From an uncultured virus (IMG/VR IMGVR_UViG_3300018065_000015) (taxonomy: Duplodnaviria > Heunggongvirae > Uroviricota > Caudoviricetes): a stretch of DNA of 64,000 nt. This document shows positions 9,177 through 18,333 of the stretch, in pieces; position 1 is the first letter of the stretch, and each line of letters starts with the position of its first letter. The notes under the pieces were generated by a model that had not been told where the DNA came from, did not search any database, and saw only the letters and a program-made list of their open reading frames with translations. The position numbers and the translations under genes are program-made. The stretch is taken from positions 1 to 64,000 of IMG/VR virus record IMGVR_UViG_3300018065_000015; one strand, 5' to 3'.

Positions 9177-10061
9177 ATGCTCGATGATGCGATTGCTCAC
9201 TATGCTGAGCACGTGAAACCGGAGGCCAGTAGGGCTGGTTGGATTCAGCACTGCAAGCAGGCCGTTGATTCGGTGCGCAACCACGCGGCGATCGACTCGA
9301 AGTTGTTCGTCAACTACGTGGTCGAAGTGCCGAGCGGGCGTCAGATCATGGACATCGTGAAGCCGGAAGACGGCGAGAAGCCGACCGACATGATGATCTA
9401 TGATACGGACTCCAAGAGCTTCACCCGCTGCCGCGCCCGCAAGATGCGCAGCCGGTTCATGCTCAAGGTCCACGCCAAGGACATGATTTCCAGTCCCCGC
9501 GGCGTTGCCGTGGCGCTGGTCGAACGCGGTAGCAACGCGTTGTTCGTCGGCGGTAGTTTCTGCAACTACCTCGACACCTGGAACCGCCACGTCGGTCTCT
9601 GGCTGGCGATCCAGAACATGCAGCCTGTCCCGTGGCAGCTGGCACATCAGATGAAGGCGCTCCCGCTCGACACCGAGCTGGCCCACCTGCTGATGAGCAA
9701 GCACAGCACGGAGAAGCTGAAGGAGAAGGTCCCGCCTCCGTGGGACTTCGTCATCCAGGAGGGACGCACGTGTGCCCACACGGAGTTCCACTGGTTCGAA
9801 GCGGATAAGAAACCGTTTACGAGGATCATTCAGGGACGGCGAAAGGTGTGCTGTCCCATCTGCGAGAAACCGCTTAGCCGCCCCGTATTTCCGCCGACCA
9901 CCAGGACTGCGATCATCACGACGATCCAACTGGCGACTCGGTGCTGGGACAGACGGTTCGGTGACAAGGAGTCCACGACGAATGTCAGCAACAACCTTTC
10001 CGAGAACGGGTCGCCATCAAAAATGGTTGCCGGAACCCCTATTACAGAGCAGCGGGGGTGA
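9177..10061 (+). CDS. Hypothetical protein
   Basis: AAGGAG RBS; 294-aa ORF with C-terminal Cys cluster (CCPIC). Confidence 0.7.
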   Translation: MLDDAIAHYAEHVKPEASRAGWIQHCKQAVDSVRNHAAIDSKLFVNYVVEVPSGRQIMDIVKPEDGEKPTDMMIYDTDSKSFTRCRARKMRSRFMLKVHAKDMISSPRGVAVALVERGSNALFVGGSFCNYLDTWNRHVGLWLAIQNMQPVPWQLAHQMKALPLDTELAHLLMSKHSTEKLKEKVPPPWDFVIQEGRTCAHTEFHWFEADKKPFTRIIQGRRKVCCPICEKPLSRPVFPPTTRTAIITTIQLATRCWDRRFGDKESTTNVSNNLSENGSPSKMVAGTPITEQRG

Positions 10062-10239
10062 CGAGTACGACGACGAAGACGAAGACTTCGACGACGACTA
10101 CGACGACTACGACGATGACGACGACTACGACGACGATGATGAAGACGAAGACGACGATTTCGACGACGACTTCGACGACGACTATGAAGACGAAGAAGAC
10201 GACGAATGGAACGACTTCGACGACGATGAGGAGGACTGA
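9982..10239 (+). CDS. Hyper-acidic Asp/Glu peptide
   Basis: AAGGAG at 9966, ATG 9982; ~60-residue D/E tract punctuated by Y/F/W; GAC-rich low-complexity DNA. Confidence 0.6.
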   Translation: MSATTFPRTGRHQKWLPEPLLQSSGGDEYDDEDEDFDDDYDDYDDDDDYDDDDEDEDDDFDDDFDDDYEDEEDDEWNDFDDDEED

Positions 10240-10335
10240 TGGCCTCCCTCACCCCGCTCGAGTTGTGCGTCGCAGTATTCGTGATCGTGTCAGGCGTCGC
10301 GAGCTGGTTTCTATTGGGTCTCTACGATCGGTGCA

Positions 10336-11553
10336 CTAGTTCACACCATCCCAGAGGCTCCCCGGACGAGGATTATGCTGCGCGGCGAGCCGCGCTTGCT
10401 CGTCGGGAGAAATTGCTCGCCCGAAAGACGCCGACTTCACAGCAAAAGGCTCAACCCCTGAAGCAGCCGCAACCTCATCAAAAAGCTCGATGTCGCCCCG
10501 CGGCAACGTCGGAACGATAGAGGCCAGCTTCTCGGTGTCGACCCACGCGCCTGCGGGCGCAACCTCGTCTGTGAAATCATCGCCAAGCGCGTCAGCGAGA
10601 TCGTTGACAGGCAGACGCTGCAAGTCCGCCTTTTTGTAATAATTGCCGGAGAGCGGCGACCCCACCAGGTCGTCCGACAGTTCGGCAGCAAGTTTCTCGG
10701 TGACGGCGAACAGCTCCTCGGGTCGCTGGATGACATTGTCATACCGGCGGTTGAGGCCAGTCTCACGATCGAATTGGTCCACGACCGCTGCGATCTTTGT
10801 GAGAACGCTGTAGTGCCGGATACTATCCGAGGATTCCTCACACAGCCGGGCGAGCTTTTCCAACTCCTGTTGCAGCTCGCTCGGCTGGTGTGTATTCCCT
10901 GCGGCTTTGATGCGGGTGCGGATGATCTCCGCAGCCTGCTTACCCGAACACACACCGAGGCCCGCCATTTTCTCCAGCATGTCGATGTGCTCCGGCAGGT
11001 CCGCGCCGAATGCAGCACGTTTCTGGAGTATCTTCGTCGCGAACTTGTTCCGATCCGCATACGGAAGCTGGTCGCGATACTCGGCGAGCCAATCTGCCGC
11101 GGCCTTGACCTCACCGATGTTGCGCATCGGGTAGTGCCGTTCACGCTGTCCCTGACCGTCATCGAAAACGACCGCGAAATCCGAATCCGGAAGTTCAGTC
11201 GAATCGTAGCGTCGGGCCGCGGCAACCTTTTCTTTCATCTCGGTCACCTGATCGGCCACGCCATGGAACTGGGCGGCATGCATCAGACGGCTCTCGACCA
11301 GATCGGCCTGCCCGACACTCATCTCGGCCCGCTTCTCGTGGAAGAAGATCGAGGACATGACCGTGGCTGCGCCGGTATGGCAGGGATAGCGCCGACGAGA
11401 GAGGTCGGCGTACTGATGGGGGGCGACGTCGTCATCTCCGCAGATGTCACGTTGGCTCGCGGACTTGACAAAGGCTGGCAACGGATAGATGGAGTTGATA
11501 CGATGAATCTCCTGTCCGTTGAGGTCTTCTGTTTGATCCATTACGCTGGACAT
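10336..11553 (-). CDS. Hypothetical protein rich in K-x-A motifs; possible virion/head protein
   Basis: 405-aa isolated minus-strand ORF; 15 of 18 Lys are in K-x-A. Confidence 0.75.
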   Translation of the reverse strand: MSSVMDQTEDLNGQEIHRINSIYPLPAFVKSASQRDICGDDDVAPHQYADLSRRRYPCHTGAATVMSSIFFHEKRAEMSVGQADLVESRLMHAAQFHGVADQVTEMKEKVAAARRYDSTELPDSDFAVVFDDGQGQRERHYPMRNIGEVKAAADWLAEYRDQLPYADRNKFATKILQKRAAFGADLPEHIDMLEKMAGLGVCSGKQAAEIIRTRIKAAGNTHQPSELQQELEKLARLCEESSDSIRHYSVLTKIAAVVDQFDRETGLNRRYDNVIQRPEELFAVTEKLAAELSDDLVGSPLSGNYYKKADLQRLPVNDLADALGDDFTDEVAPAGAWVDTEKLASIVPTLPRGDIELFDEVAAASGVEPFAVKSASFGRAISPDEQARLAAQHNPRPGSLWDGVN

Positions 11554-11579
11554 GGTTTGTTCCCTGTTTCGAGGTCTAC

Positions 11580-14381
11580 ATGTTAAGACGCCGGTCGATC
11601 AACGCGCATATCGGATGGCACCAGGTGCTGCCATTGCTAGGAATCAAGGCCGCCTCCACGTCCATCCCGCTGATGGTGCCCTGCCCGATGTGCAGGAAAC
11701 CCCGCCTGACTATCTACAATGATAGCAAGTTCGGCGGGAATTGGCACTACTGCCCTGACTGCCATTCCTCTGGAGATATGATAGAACTGGCAGCAAAAAC
11801 GTGGAAGATCAGTTTGGAGGACACAATCCGGCGATTGGTCGCCTCCGGGCTCCCATTCCCGGCGGACGCCGTCACTCAGGAGGCAATCCGGCGCTACGAG
11901 CAGGGCTACGTGGCCGAACAAACGCACATTCGCCGGCTGCGCGAGGACAGCCGCCGGCTGATGGCCGACGGGGACGTCCAGCTCGAGCGCGTCCTCCAGC
12001 AGATGGGCCTCCCGCAGGACCACCAGCGGGCCTACTGGCGGAAGCGCATGGGGCGCTTCATCGGCGGGGCCGACAAGCTCCGCTGCATCCAGGGGTTCTA
12101 CCCGCACGCCGGTCCGCGCAAAGAGAACTCTGTGGGCCGCAACGAGCACGCGAACATGTTCCGCGGCAAGGGCTGGAACGATATGCTCGTGGTGCCCTTC
12201 CACGATCTGCCCGAGCGCTGTGCCGGTGTGCTGTTCATCGGCCGCCACGCCGAGCGAGACAAAGACTACACGTTCCGGCTGGTCGACTCCAAGCTGGCGC
12301 CGCACGGGGCTGCCGCAGCTGTGGCGGAGATCGGCGTGTGCATGGCGGACGTGCTGAACGGCCCGACGTCCCATGCGCAGCTCTTCAAAAATCAGGTGTT
12401 CGTGATCCCCGATCCGGCCACGGCGCTCAAGCTGCAGGCCCGGCACATGAAGGACGCGGACCTCCCGCTGCCGATCGTGGGCACGTACAACGCGCTGGTC
12501 CGCCGGCAGACCCGTAAATGGGAGCTGCGCACGTACGACTTCTGGCGTACCCGACCGGACAAACGATTCATCTTCTGGGACAAGGTGCTGTCGGCCAACC
12601 TGTTCAACATGGCGGCGCGTGCCGATGGGCTTGTGAGCATCGTCCCTGCTGCGCAATACACGTGGCGGCGGCCGCCGCACATGTGGCTGCGAGACATGCA
12701 GCGCCGGGCGCGACCCTGGGCAGAGGCGCTAGAGGCGCATCTACGCGTAATCCCGGAGGACGCGGCTGCGACGCTGCTGCAAAACATCGACATCCCTCCC
12801 GACATGTTGATGCAATTCACGGATGGCTGCTGCGACGAGGTGCAGGAGCTGCTGGAGCGCCACCGAAAGGCGGCCACGCAGTTCCACAACACGACAGTCA
12901 GGGGCCAGGGCATTGAAGAGATGAGCAATGGCTGGCACGTCGCCAAAACCGGCGAGTGTGTCTGTGACGCCATTCTCAGGGTGGAGAAGGTCATCTGCAT
13001 CGAAGACGACGAGGACGCCGACCCCTACTATCAGGGGAGGATCATCTATGGTAATGAGCAGGTGGAATTCGTTGAGCCCATGAGCAAGATCGAGAGCGAC
13101 CCAGGGACATGGCTCAAGAAGAAGGTGCTGTCCAAGCTCGGCAAGATGGTCGTCATCAAGCGAGCATGGGCACCGCACATTTTCGATATTGCTCGTGGGC
13201 TACACACCCCCGAGGTCATCCGTGAAGACGGAAAGTTCGGCTGGAAGCCACGCGACAGCTGCTTCAGCCTCCCTAAGTTCGCCGTGCACGTCGGAGGTGA
13301 GGTGTGCGACGAGCCCGCTCATGTTGTCGACGCATGGGCACCAGGCCAGGATCTGGATGCGCCTACAGCGGTGATTCCCGATCTCTCTCCGCTGCTGGAG
13401 GACAGCCCAGCAAACGCTCTGGTGTGGGCAACCGCCGCCTGTATCGGAGCGAATATCTTGGCGCCTGCAGTAGGGCAGCACGTGACCGGTATAGGGCTCA
13501 TCGGTCATGGTGCTGTGCTCTGCGGGAAAGAGACTGCAAGAACGTGCGGATGTTGTGAGTACAGTAGTGCGTCTGCGACGCCGGCGGGCATAGACAAATC
13601 TTTGGGAGTGATAACTGATGTCACAGCCCGGCATCGCTGGCCGTTAATGGTGAACATGCAAAACCAAGCTCGTCGTGTCCAGGACGTCATGGCACACGGC
13701 GGCTACGAAGCAAACACCATCCTGTGCACCGATAAATGGCACGCCGACGTCTGGTCACTCGTTGGTTCGTGGCGGTTTATAAACGGACCCAAGGCCGTAG
13801 AGCCGGGGGCGCATGTGAGGCAGTTATTGCCGCGCGTGCTGCCTCTGTGGCTCAGGCGTATCAGCCAGCGCAAGTTCAAACTGGAATCACATGCGGACGA
13901 ATACCTGATCCGCGTGATCGACGACATGGCGTCCATGATGCAAGAGCATGGGCCAGTCAAGGTGATCTACGAGGCTGGCAGCCGTGTAGATAACGTGGCG
14001 GAGCTACCCAAGAAGCCCGCGCAGAAGCTGGTAGCCCTGCTGCATGAGCAAATTTGTGACGGATACATTCGATTCGCACGCCCGGGCGACACGACCAAAG
14101 GGCGAGGCGCGACGATCGTGCGGTGTGCGCCGAAAGACCGTGCGCCAGGCATTTTCATCCCTAGAGTTGCTATCACTGGCATCTGTGAGAAGCGTGGTGT
14201 GATGCCCCCCGATCCGGCCAGGGTAAGCGACGCATTCAAAGCTGCCAATGCACTGGATGGCGAATGCGAGTATGATAATGAAAGGGGCTGGTTTATATCA
14301 GAGTCATGGTGGAACAAGCAGATCGACCGCTGCAACTCTAATCCTCAACACCGGTTAAAGGTAATAGGAGGTGACGAATGA
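11580..14381 (+). CDS. Large protein with N-terminal primase-type zinc-binding domain (possible replication protein)
   Basis: CPMC...HYCPDCHSSGDMIELA motif like the DnaG zinc-binding domain; the remainder is not recognised. Confidence 0.65.
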   Translation: MLRRRSINAHIGWHQVLPLLGIKAASTSIPLMVPCPMCRKPRLTIYNDSKFGGNWHYCPDCHSSGDMIELAAKTWKISLEDTIRRLVASGLPFPADAVTQEAIRRYEQGYVAEQTHIRRLREDSRRLMADGDVQLERVLQQMGLPQDHQRAYWRKRMGRFIGGADKLRCIQGFYPHAGPRKENSVGRNEHANMFRGKGWNDMLVVPFHDLPERCAGVLFIGRHAERDKDYTFRLVDSKLAPHGAAAAVAEIGVCMADVLNGPTSHAQLFKNQVFVIPDPATALKLQARHMKDADLPLPIVGTYNALVRRQTRKWELRTYDFWRTRPDKRFIFWDKVLSANLFNMAARADGLVSIVPAAQYTWRRPPHMWLRDMQRRARPWAEALEAHLRVIPEDAAATLLQNIDIPPDMLMQFTDGCCDEVQELLERHRKAATQFHNTTVRGQGIEEMSNGWHVAKTGECVCDAILRVEKVICIEDDEDADPYYQGRIIYGNEQVEFVEPMSKIESDPGTWLKKKVLSKLGKMVVIKRAWAPHIFDIARGLHTPEVIREDGKFGWKPRDSCFSLPKFAVHVGGEVCDEPAHVVDAWAPGQDLDAPTAVIPDLSPLLEDSPANALVWATAACIGANILAPAVGQHVTGIGLIGHGAVLCGKETARTCGCCEYSSASATPAGIDKSLGVITDVTARHRWPLMVNMQNQARRVQDVMAHGGYEANTILCTDKWHADVWSLVGSWRFINGPKAVEPGAHVRQLLPRVLPLWLRRISQRKFKLESHADEYLIRVIDDMASMMQEHGPVKVIYEAGSRVDNVAELPKKPAQKLVALLHEQICDGYIRFARPGDTTKGRGATIVRCAPKDRAPGIFIPRVAITGICEKRGVMPPDPARVSDAFKAANALDGECEYDNERGWFISESWWNKQIDRCNSNPQHRLKVIGGDE

Positions 14382-14653
14382 AGGCCACCAAGATGCTGAG
14401 GACGTGCAAGCTCGTGCTCCAGGAACTGGAGGATCTCGAGGAGATGTTGCCCTTCATCCCGGGCGACCAGCGTGCGGATCAGTTCATCCACGAGAGCCGC
14501 GGAGCCGTGACGGAGCTGCAGCTCATCGCAAAGTTCGAGACGGTGGACAACGTCACCTCCGAACAGGCCTTGCACATTCGGACGATCCAGGGCAGAATCA
14601 ATAAGCTTAGGAACATGGTTCCTGAGGACATACGAAAAGAGTTCGGAGACTAG
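14378..14653 (+). CDS. Hypothetical protein
   Basis: GGAGGTG RBS; ATGA coupling. Confidence 0.65.
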   Translation: MKATKMLRTCKLVLQELEDLEEMLPFIPGDQRADQFIHESRGAVTELQLIAKFETVDNVTSEQALHIRTIQGRINKLRNMVPEDIRKEFGD

Positions 14654-14732
14654 TGGTAGACGGAAATCTGCGGCGGGAATGGCTTTTAGGTCCAGTGCCC
14701 GCTTGCCGGCCGGTTCGACTCCGGTGACCACA
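14653..14732 (+). ncRNA. Degenerate tRNA-like element
   Basis: T-arm GCCGG-TTCGACT-CCGGT and partial acceptor GTGGT/ACCAC; extended, non-canonical anticodon arm. Confidence 0.5.
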
Positions 14733-14733
14733 C

Positions 14734-14810
14734 GAACCACTGGGCAGGTCAGTATCTGGCTGGGGCTGTAGGTCTCGGCTAAGCGGGCGCAACTCCCGCC
14801 AGACGGTTCA
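14734..14810 (+). ncRNA. Non-canonical tRNA-like element (GTA in loop)
   Basis: GAACC/GGTTC closing stem, GCTGGGG-CTGTAGG-TCTCGGC arm, T-like arm GCGGG-CGCAACT-CCCGC. Confidence 0.45.
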
Positions 14811-15151
14811 ACAGTCGCTTGAGATACCCTCGGTAAACCGAGCGGCCGGGCCTATATGGTCGAGGGTACAGCGCTAGCCAGCTTCGACTGGGACTGTTGG
14901 TAGGACAGACGTAGGCGATAAACCGGTAGGCAGCCGCCGCGCTAAACGCGGGAGGGCACCGGGAACCGAATAAAACCTACGAGCGCCCTTTGGGTGAGGA
15001 CAGTTAAAGCTACTTATGCCTCGGCGGCGTGTGCTAAGGGAAAGCCCGCAAGGGTGCAGCATTAGTCGTAGCGCCGCAGCCCATTTTTGATATTGCTCAT
15101 AACCACACATGGCGGGTATGATACGGAAAATCAACCGTATCGGAGCCCGCC

Positions 15152-15499
15152 ATGTCGCGTAATTCAGAGAAACGTCGCGCTAGCCAGCGGAAAGCGCAGA
15201 ACAAATACTACCAGAAGAACAAGGCCTACTACAGGCAGAAGACTAAAGAGCATAAGGCCCGGGTCAAACAGTGGGTCTTTGAGTACAAGCAGACGCATCC
15301 GTGTATTGAGTGCGGGGCCGACCACCCTGCGTACTTGGTATTTCATCATCGCGACCCTACGGCAAAAGATTTGGAAGTCGCGAACATGATCAGTCGCGGA
15401 TGGGGCTTGCGCCGTATTGAGAAGGAGATCGAGAAGTGCGACGTGTTGTGTGCAAATTGCCATATGCTGTTGCACTGGGAAGAAAATGATGCGGGGTAG
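15152..15499 (+). CDS. HNH endonuclease-like protein
   Basis: CIECG...LVFHHRDP...KCDVLCANCH; stop codon lies inside the following tRNA. Confidence 0.85.
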   Translation: MSRNSEKRRASQRKAQNKYYQKNKAYYRQKTKEHKARVKQWVFEYKQTHPCIECGADHPAYLVFHHRDPTAKDLEVANMISRGWGLRRIEKEIEKCDVLCANCHMLLHWEENDAG

Positions 15500-15563
15500 T
15501 GTAGTGGCCTAACACGCAGGGCTCATATCCCTGAAATCGCAGGTTCGAATCCTGTCCCCGCTA
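15490..15563 (+). tRNA. tRNA-Met (CAT), initiator-like
   Basis: Cloverleaf; anticodon stem CAGGG/CCCTG with three G-C pairs, loop CTCATAT; unpaired 1-72; T-loop TTCGAAT. Confidence 0.9.
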
Positions 15564-15831
15564 CTGCTGGTGACCATGTAAACAAGAAGGCAGAGGTGGT
15601 CTGTAACGGTATCGTACGCCGGCCAACCTGTGGACGCCCATAGGTTGAGCAAGCCGAACCAGCACAAGCACTCGCCACCCCATATGACACCTCATGGGGG
15701 AGCGTCCCGCGAGTCCATAAATCGCGATGCGAAGGACAAACGGTTGGCGTTAGTGCAGCGTGTGGCGAAGGTGTCTAGCCGCGGCCGGGCAATAGTCAGG
15801 TGCACCTGGCAGGTCGAACAACGAGCGCCGA

Positions 15832-15897
15832 GGTATCGGTTGGCGCCCGAAAGGGCCACGACCAGGCCTGTTGGGGTTCGATTCCCCTTCGATACCG
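15832..15897 (+). ncRNA. Truncated tRNA-like element (acceptor plus T arm, no normal anticodon arm)
   Basis: GGTATCG/CGATACC acceptor stem and GGGG-TTCGATT-CCCC T arm; short GC hairpin in the middle. Confidence 0.5.
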
Positions 15898-16021
15898 ACG
15901 CGCTTTTGATACAGAAACGCGTTTCCCCACGTGGGAACTCAAGGGATTGTGCCCCCTTGAGAAAACTGGTAGCCCCGACCGGCAGTACCGACTGCTCAAC
16001 CGGACTGACCGGTTCGGCGGA

Positions 16022-16348
16022 CTACCTATAACCATGCTCGTAGTGTACGATTCGGTGACAGTTGGCGCACAGGACAATGCATTTGTCAATCTCTACTTGG
16101 ATCCTCGCGATAGAGAATGAGCGATTGATCATCTCACTAACCTCGTGCGTTTTTACAGCTGGATCCTCGTGGTGGAAGCATAAGCACCGAAAGTCGTCGC
16201 AGCCGCAATGTAGGCATACGCTACGTTTTTTGACCTCCTCGACAAACTCGCGGTTGCGCTGTCGTGCGCGTGCGCAGCGCGCCTTATACTGCGCCTTGTT
16301 TGCTTGATAGTGTTTTGAGGCGTATTTCTTGGGATCTTTAGCTGGCAT
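16022..16348 (-). CDS. HNH endonuclease-like protein (paralog of 15152..15499)
   Basis: CLHCG...LCFHHEDP...EIDKCIVLCANCH; GGAGG RBS. Confidence 0.85.
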   Translation of the reverse strand: MPAKDPKKYASKHYQANKAQYKARCARARQRNREFVEEVKKRSVCLHCGCDDFRCLCFHHEDPAVKTHEVSEMINRSFSIARIQVEIDKCIVLCANCHRIVHYEHGYR

Positions 16349-16429
16349 TGGTCCCTCCATGGTTAGAATACACAGTGCAGTTTCTAACCTAATTATGCCG
16401 GTAGCTGTCGTAACGTACAATAGGAATAA

Positions 16430-16503
16430 CGCGGAGTGGTGCAGAGGCCTAGCACGCGAGCCTCATAAGCTCGAAGTCGCGGGTTCGAATCCCGCCTCCG
16501 CAA
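16430..16503 (+). tRNA. tRNA with CAT anticodon (Met), C1-A72 mismatch
   Basis: Cloverleaf; CGAGC-CTCATAA-GCTCG; T arm GCGGG-TTCGAAT-CCCGC. Confidence 0.9.
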
Positions 16504-16505
16504 AT

Positions 16506-16693
16506 TGGTCGGTATATCAAGGATCATGCGAGCGAAAGCTGCAGTCAGCATAGTGCAACGGTATGGGCCCGCATGTAGCGGGTACCGCCTGCGCACTGAA
16601 GCGGGCCGGCCCGGGAGCAGACCCGGAATCCGGATGGACCCGTGCTGATCGCCGTAAAGACTGATGCGGGAGCGAGATGTCCCGTACCGACCA
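16506..16693 (+). ncRNA. Candidate structured RNA closed by a 9-bp helix
   Basis: TGGTCGGTA (16506) pairs with TACCGACCA (16685-16693); internal hairpins. Confidence 0.45.
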
Positions 16694-16747
16694 TGAAATA
16701 ACGGCGCCGCGGTGGCGCCACATTGTTGTGCCATAGGAGAAAGACTC

Positions 16748-17626
16748 TTGGCAAAAGCTCGACGAAAAGTCGACCCCGTGGCGGCACTGGCCGCCGTCTC
16801 AGAAGCCGACGTCAAGCAGACGCTTGATCAGATCGGTGATTTACAAGCCAGCATGCAAGGTACGCTGGCAGGTCTTGGTGCCACGATGGTGTCCAAGATT
16901 GAGGAGCTCGGACAACTCAACACTGCCATCGACGTGCAGAAAGATGCGTTGAAAGAGCTCCACGATATCGAAGTACAAGCGGAAACGCTGGCCGAGCTCG
17001 AGGAGCGCGAACAGGAGCGCCTCACGGCTCACGAAAAGGCTGCGGAAGCGAGGGCACTCGAGTGGGCCGAACAGGACGCCGCACGATTGCAGTTGCTGAC
17101 CCGCGAATCCGAACAGGCACAGTACCAGCGCGAGCAACGCGAGAAGCGTGCGCTTGAGGAATTCAACGCCAGCGTCACCGAACGTCAGCGCCAAGAACGC
17201 TTTCGGATGGAAGACGTGAACCGGCAGATGTCGGACAAGATCGAGGCTGTCGAAGCGCGTGAGGCTGCGGTGTCGGAGAAGGAGGAAGAGATTGCCGCCT
17301 TCCCGGCTAAGCTGGAGGCTGCTGTCGCTGCTGCGACGGAGGCAGCCGAGACGAAAGCTCAACAGGCGTTCGGCCATGAGCGGACGATCCTCAAGAAGGA
17401 CGCCGAGGGCAAACTGGCGCTGGCGCACCAGCAGATCCAGGCGCTCGAAGCGACGATCCGCAGCCTGCAGGATCAACTGGAAGCTGCCGAGAACGCCGCA
17501 CGCGACGCACAGACGGACGCGAAAGAGATTTCGCAGAAGGCCGTCGAGGCGAGTGCGGATCGTCAGGCGCTCACGACGCTGCAAAAGGCGATGGAGGTTC
17601 AGGCCTCTGCGCCGCAGAAGCGATAG
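16748..17626 (+). CDS. Long coiled-coil protein
   Basis: AGGAG RBS, TTG start; A/E/Q/K-rich heptads throughout. Confidence 0.8.
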   Translation: MAKARRKVDPVAALAAVSEADVKQTLDQIGDLQASMQGTLAGLGATMVSKIEELGQLNTAIDVQKDALKELHDIEVQAETLAELEEREQERLTAHEKAAEARALEWAEQDAARLQLLTRESEQAQYQREQREKRALEEFNASVTERQRQERFRMEDVNRQMSDKIEAVEAREAAVSEKEEEIAAFPAKLEAAVAAATEAAETKAQQAFGHERTILKKDAEGKLALAHQQIQALEATIRSLQDQLEAAENAARDAQTDAKEISQKAVEASADRQALTTLQKAMEVQASAPQKR

Positions 17627-17821
17627 GAAGCACAAGCGGCGGTTGGGAAGTCTGCGGGAGCCCGTTTATGCGCTTAGCGGCGCAGGGCGATGAGCAAGGA
17701 CTGTGCAATCCATCTGTCGTTGTCGCTCAGATGACGTGCGCTGCGAGGCAAAGTCAGGTCTGAGGACTAAAATGGAGGTATAGGATGGCGCGCGCTAGGC
17801 CTAATCACTTACCTCCTAAAT

Positions 17822-17894
17822 GGCCCGTTGGTCTATCGGTTATGACACCGGACTTTCGATCCGGTAAGGGTGGGTTCGATTCCCCCACGGGTCA
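17822..17894 (+). tRNA. tRNA-Glu (TTC)
   Basis: Cloverleaf; CCGGA-CTTTCGA-TCCGG anticodon arm; T-loop TTCGATT. Confidence 0.9.
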
Positions 17895-18085
17895 CTTGCG
17901 CAGCTTGTTCACCGTCTGTTTAGATGCGATCGCGCATCGCACCAGGCCTCTCGGCGCGCATTGGGAGAGGATGGCAGATGAACGAGTTATTGACTCCGGC
18001 AAGAACGCTTGCCCAACGCTGGGAGCAATAGAGGTGGGTGTTAAAGCCGTGGCAACGGGTTGATACCACCTAAGCGCACAAATCA

Positions 18086-18330
18086 CATGCGTACGGGCTA
18101 TGTAGGTACGGGAGAGCCGGCCGTTCTTCGGGAGCGGTTGCCGCCCTAGGTAGGTGAAACCAATTCCGCGAGGAGTCGGGATTAGCTGGACGGGTCCGTC
18201 AAGAGCGCCGCGGTGCATAGGTTGCGGGAGTAGCCAGCGGGATTGAATTGCGTCGTCGCTGGTCCGCCAACAGTGACCACCATACCACGGCTATGTGTCG
18301 CAACGGTCGGGGTGGTCCATGGTACGCATG
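18086..18330 (+). ncRNA. Candidate structured RNA closed by a 9-bp helix
   Basis: CATGCGTAC pairs with GTACGCATG; internal hairpins including a CTTCGG tetraloop. Confidence 0.45.
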
Positions 18331-18333
18331 ATT

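Noticed and set aside
10058..10339. Thr-rich ORF (and the antisense Arg-rich ORF) over the GAC repeat
   Set aside because: Alternative frames of the low-complexity acidic-peptide gene, which has the better RBS and coupling.
10239..10520. Small TM ORF after the acidic peptide
   Set aside because: Plausible start, but 185 nt overlap antisense with the 405-aa gene; left uncalled.
14910..15083. RNase P, SRP, tmRNA or known ribozyme identity for the structured RNAs
   Set aside because: Diagnostic conserved sequences (for example GAGGAAAGUCC, the SRP loop, or CUGAUGA...GAAA) were not found by eye; a covariance search is needed.
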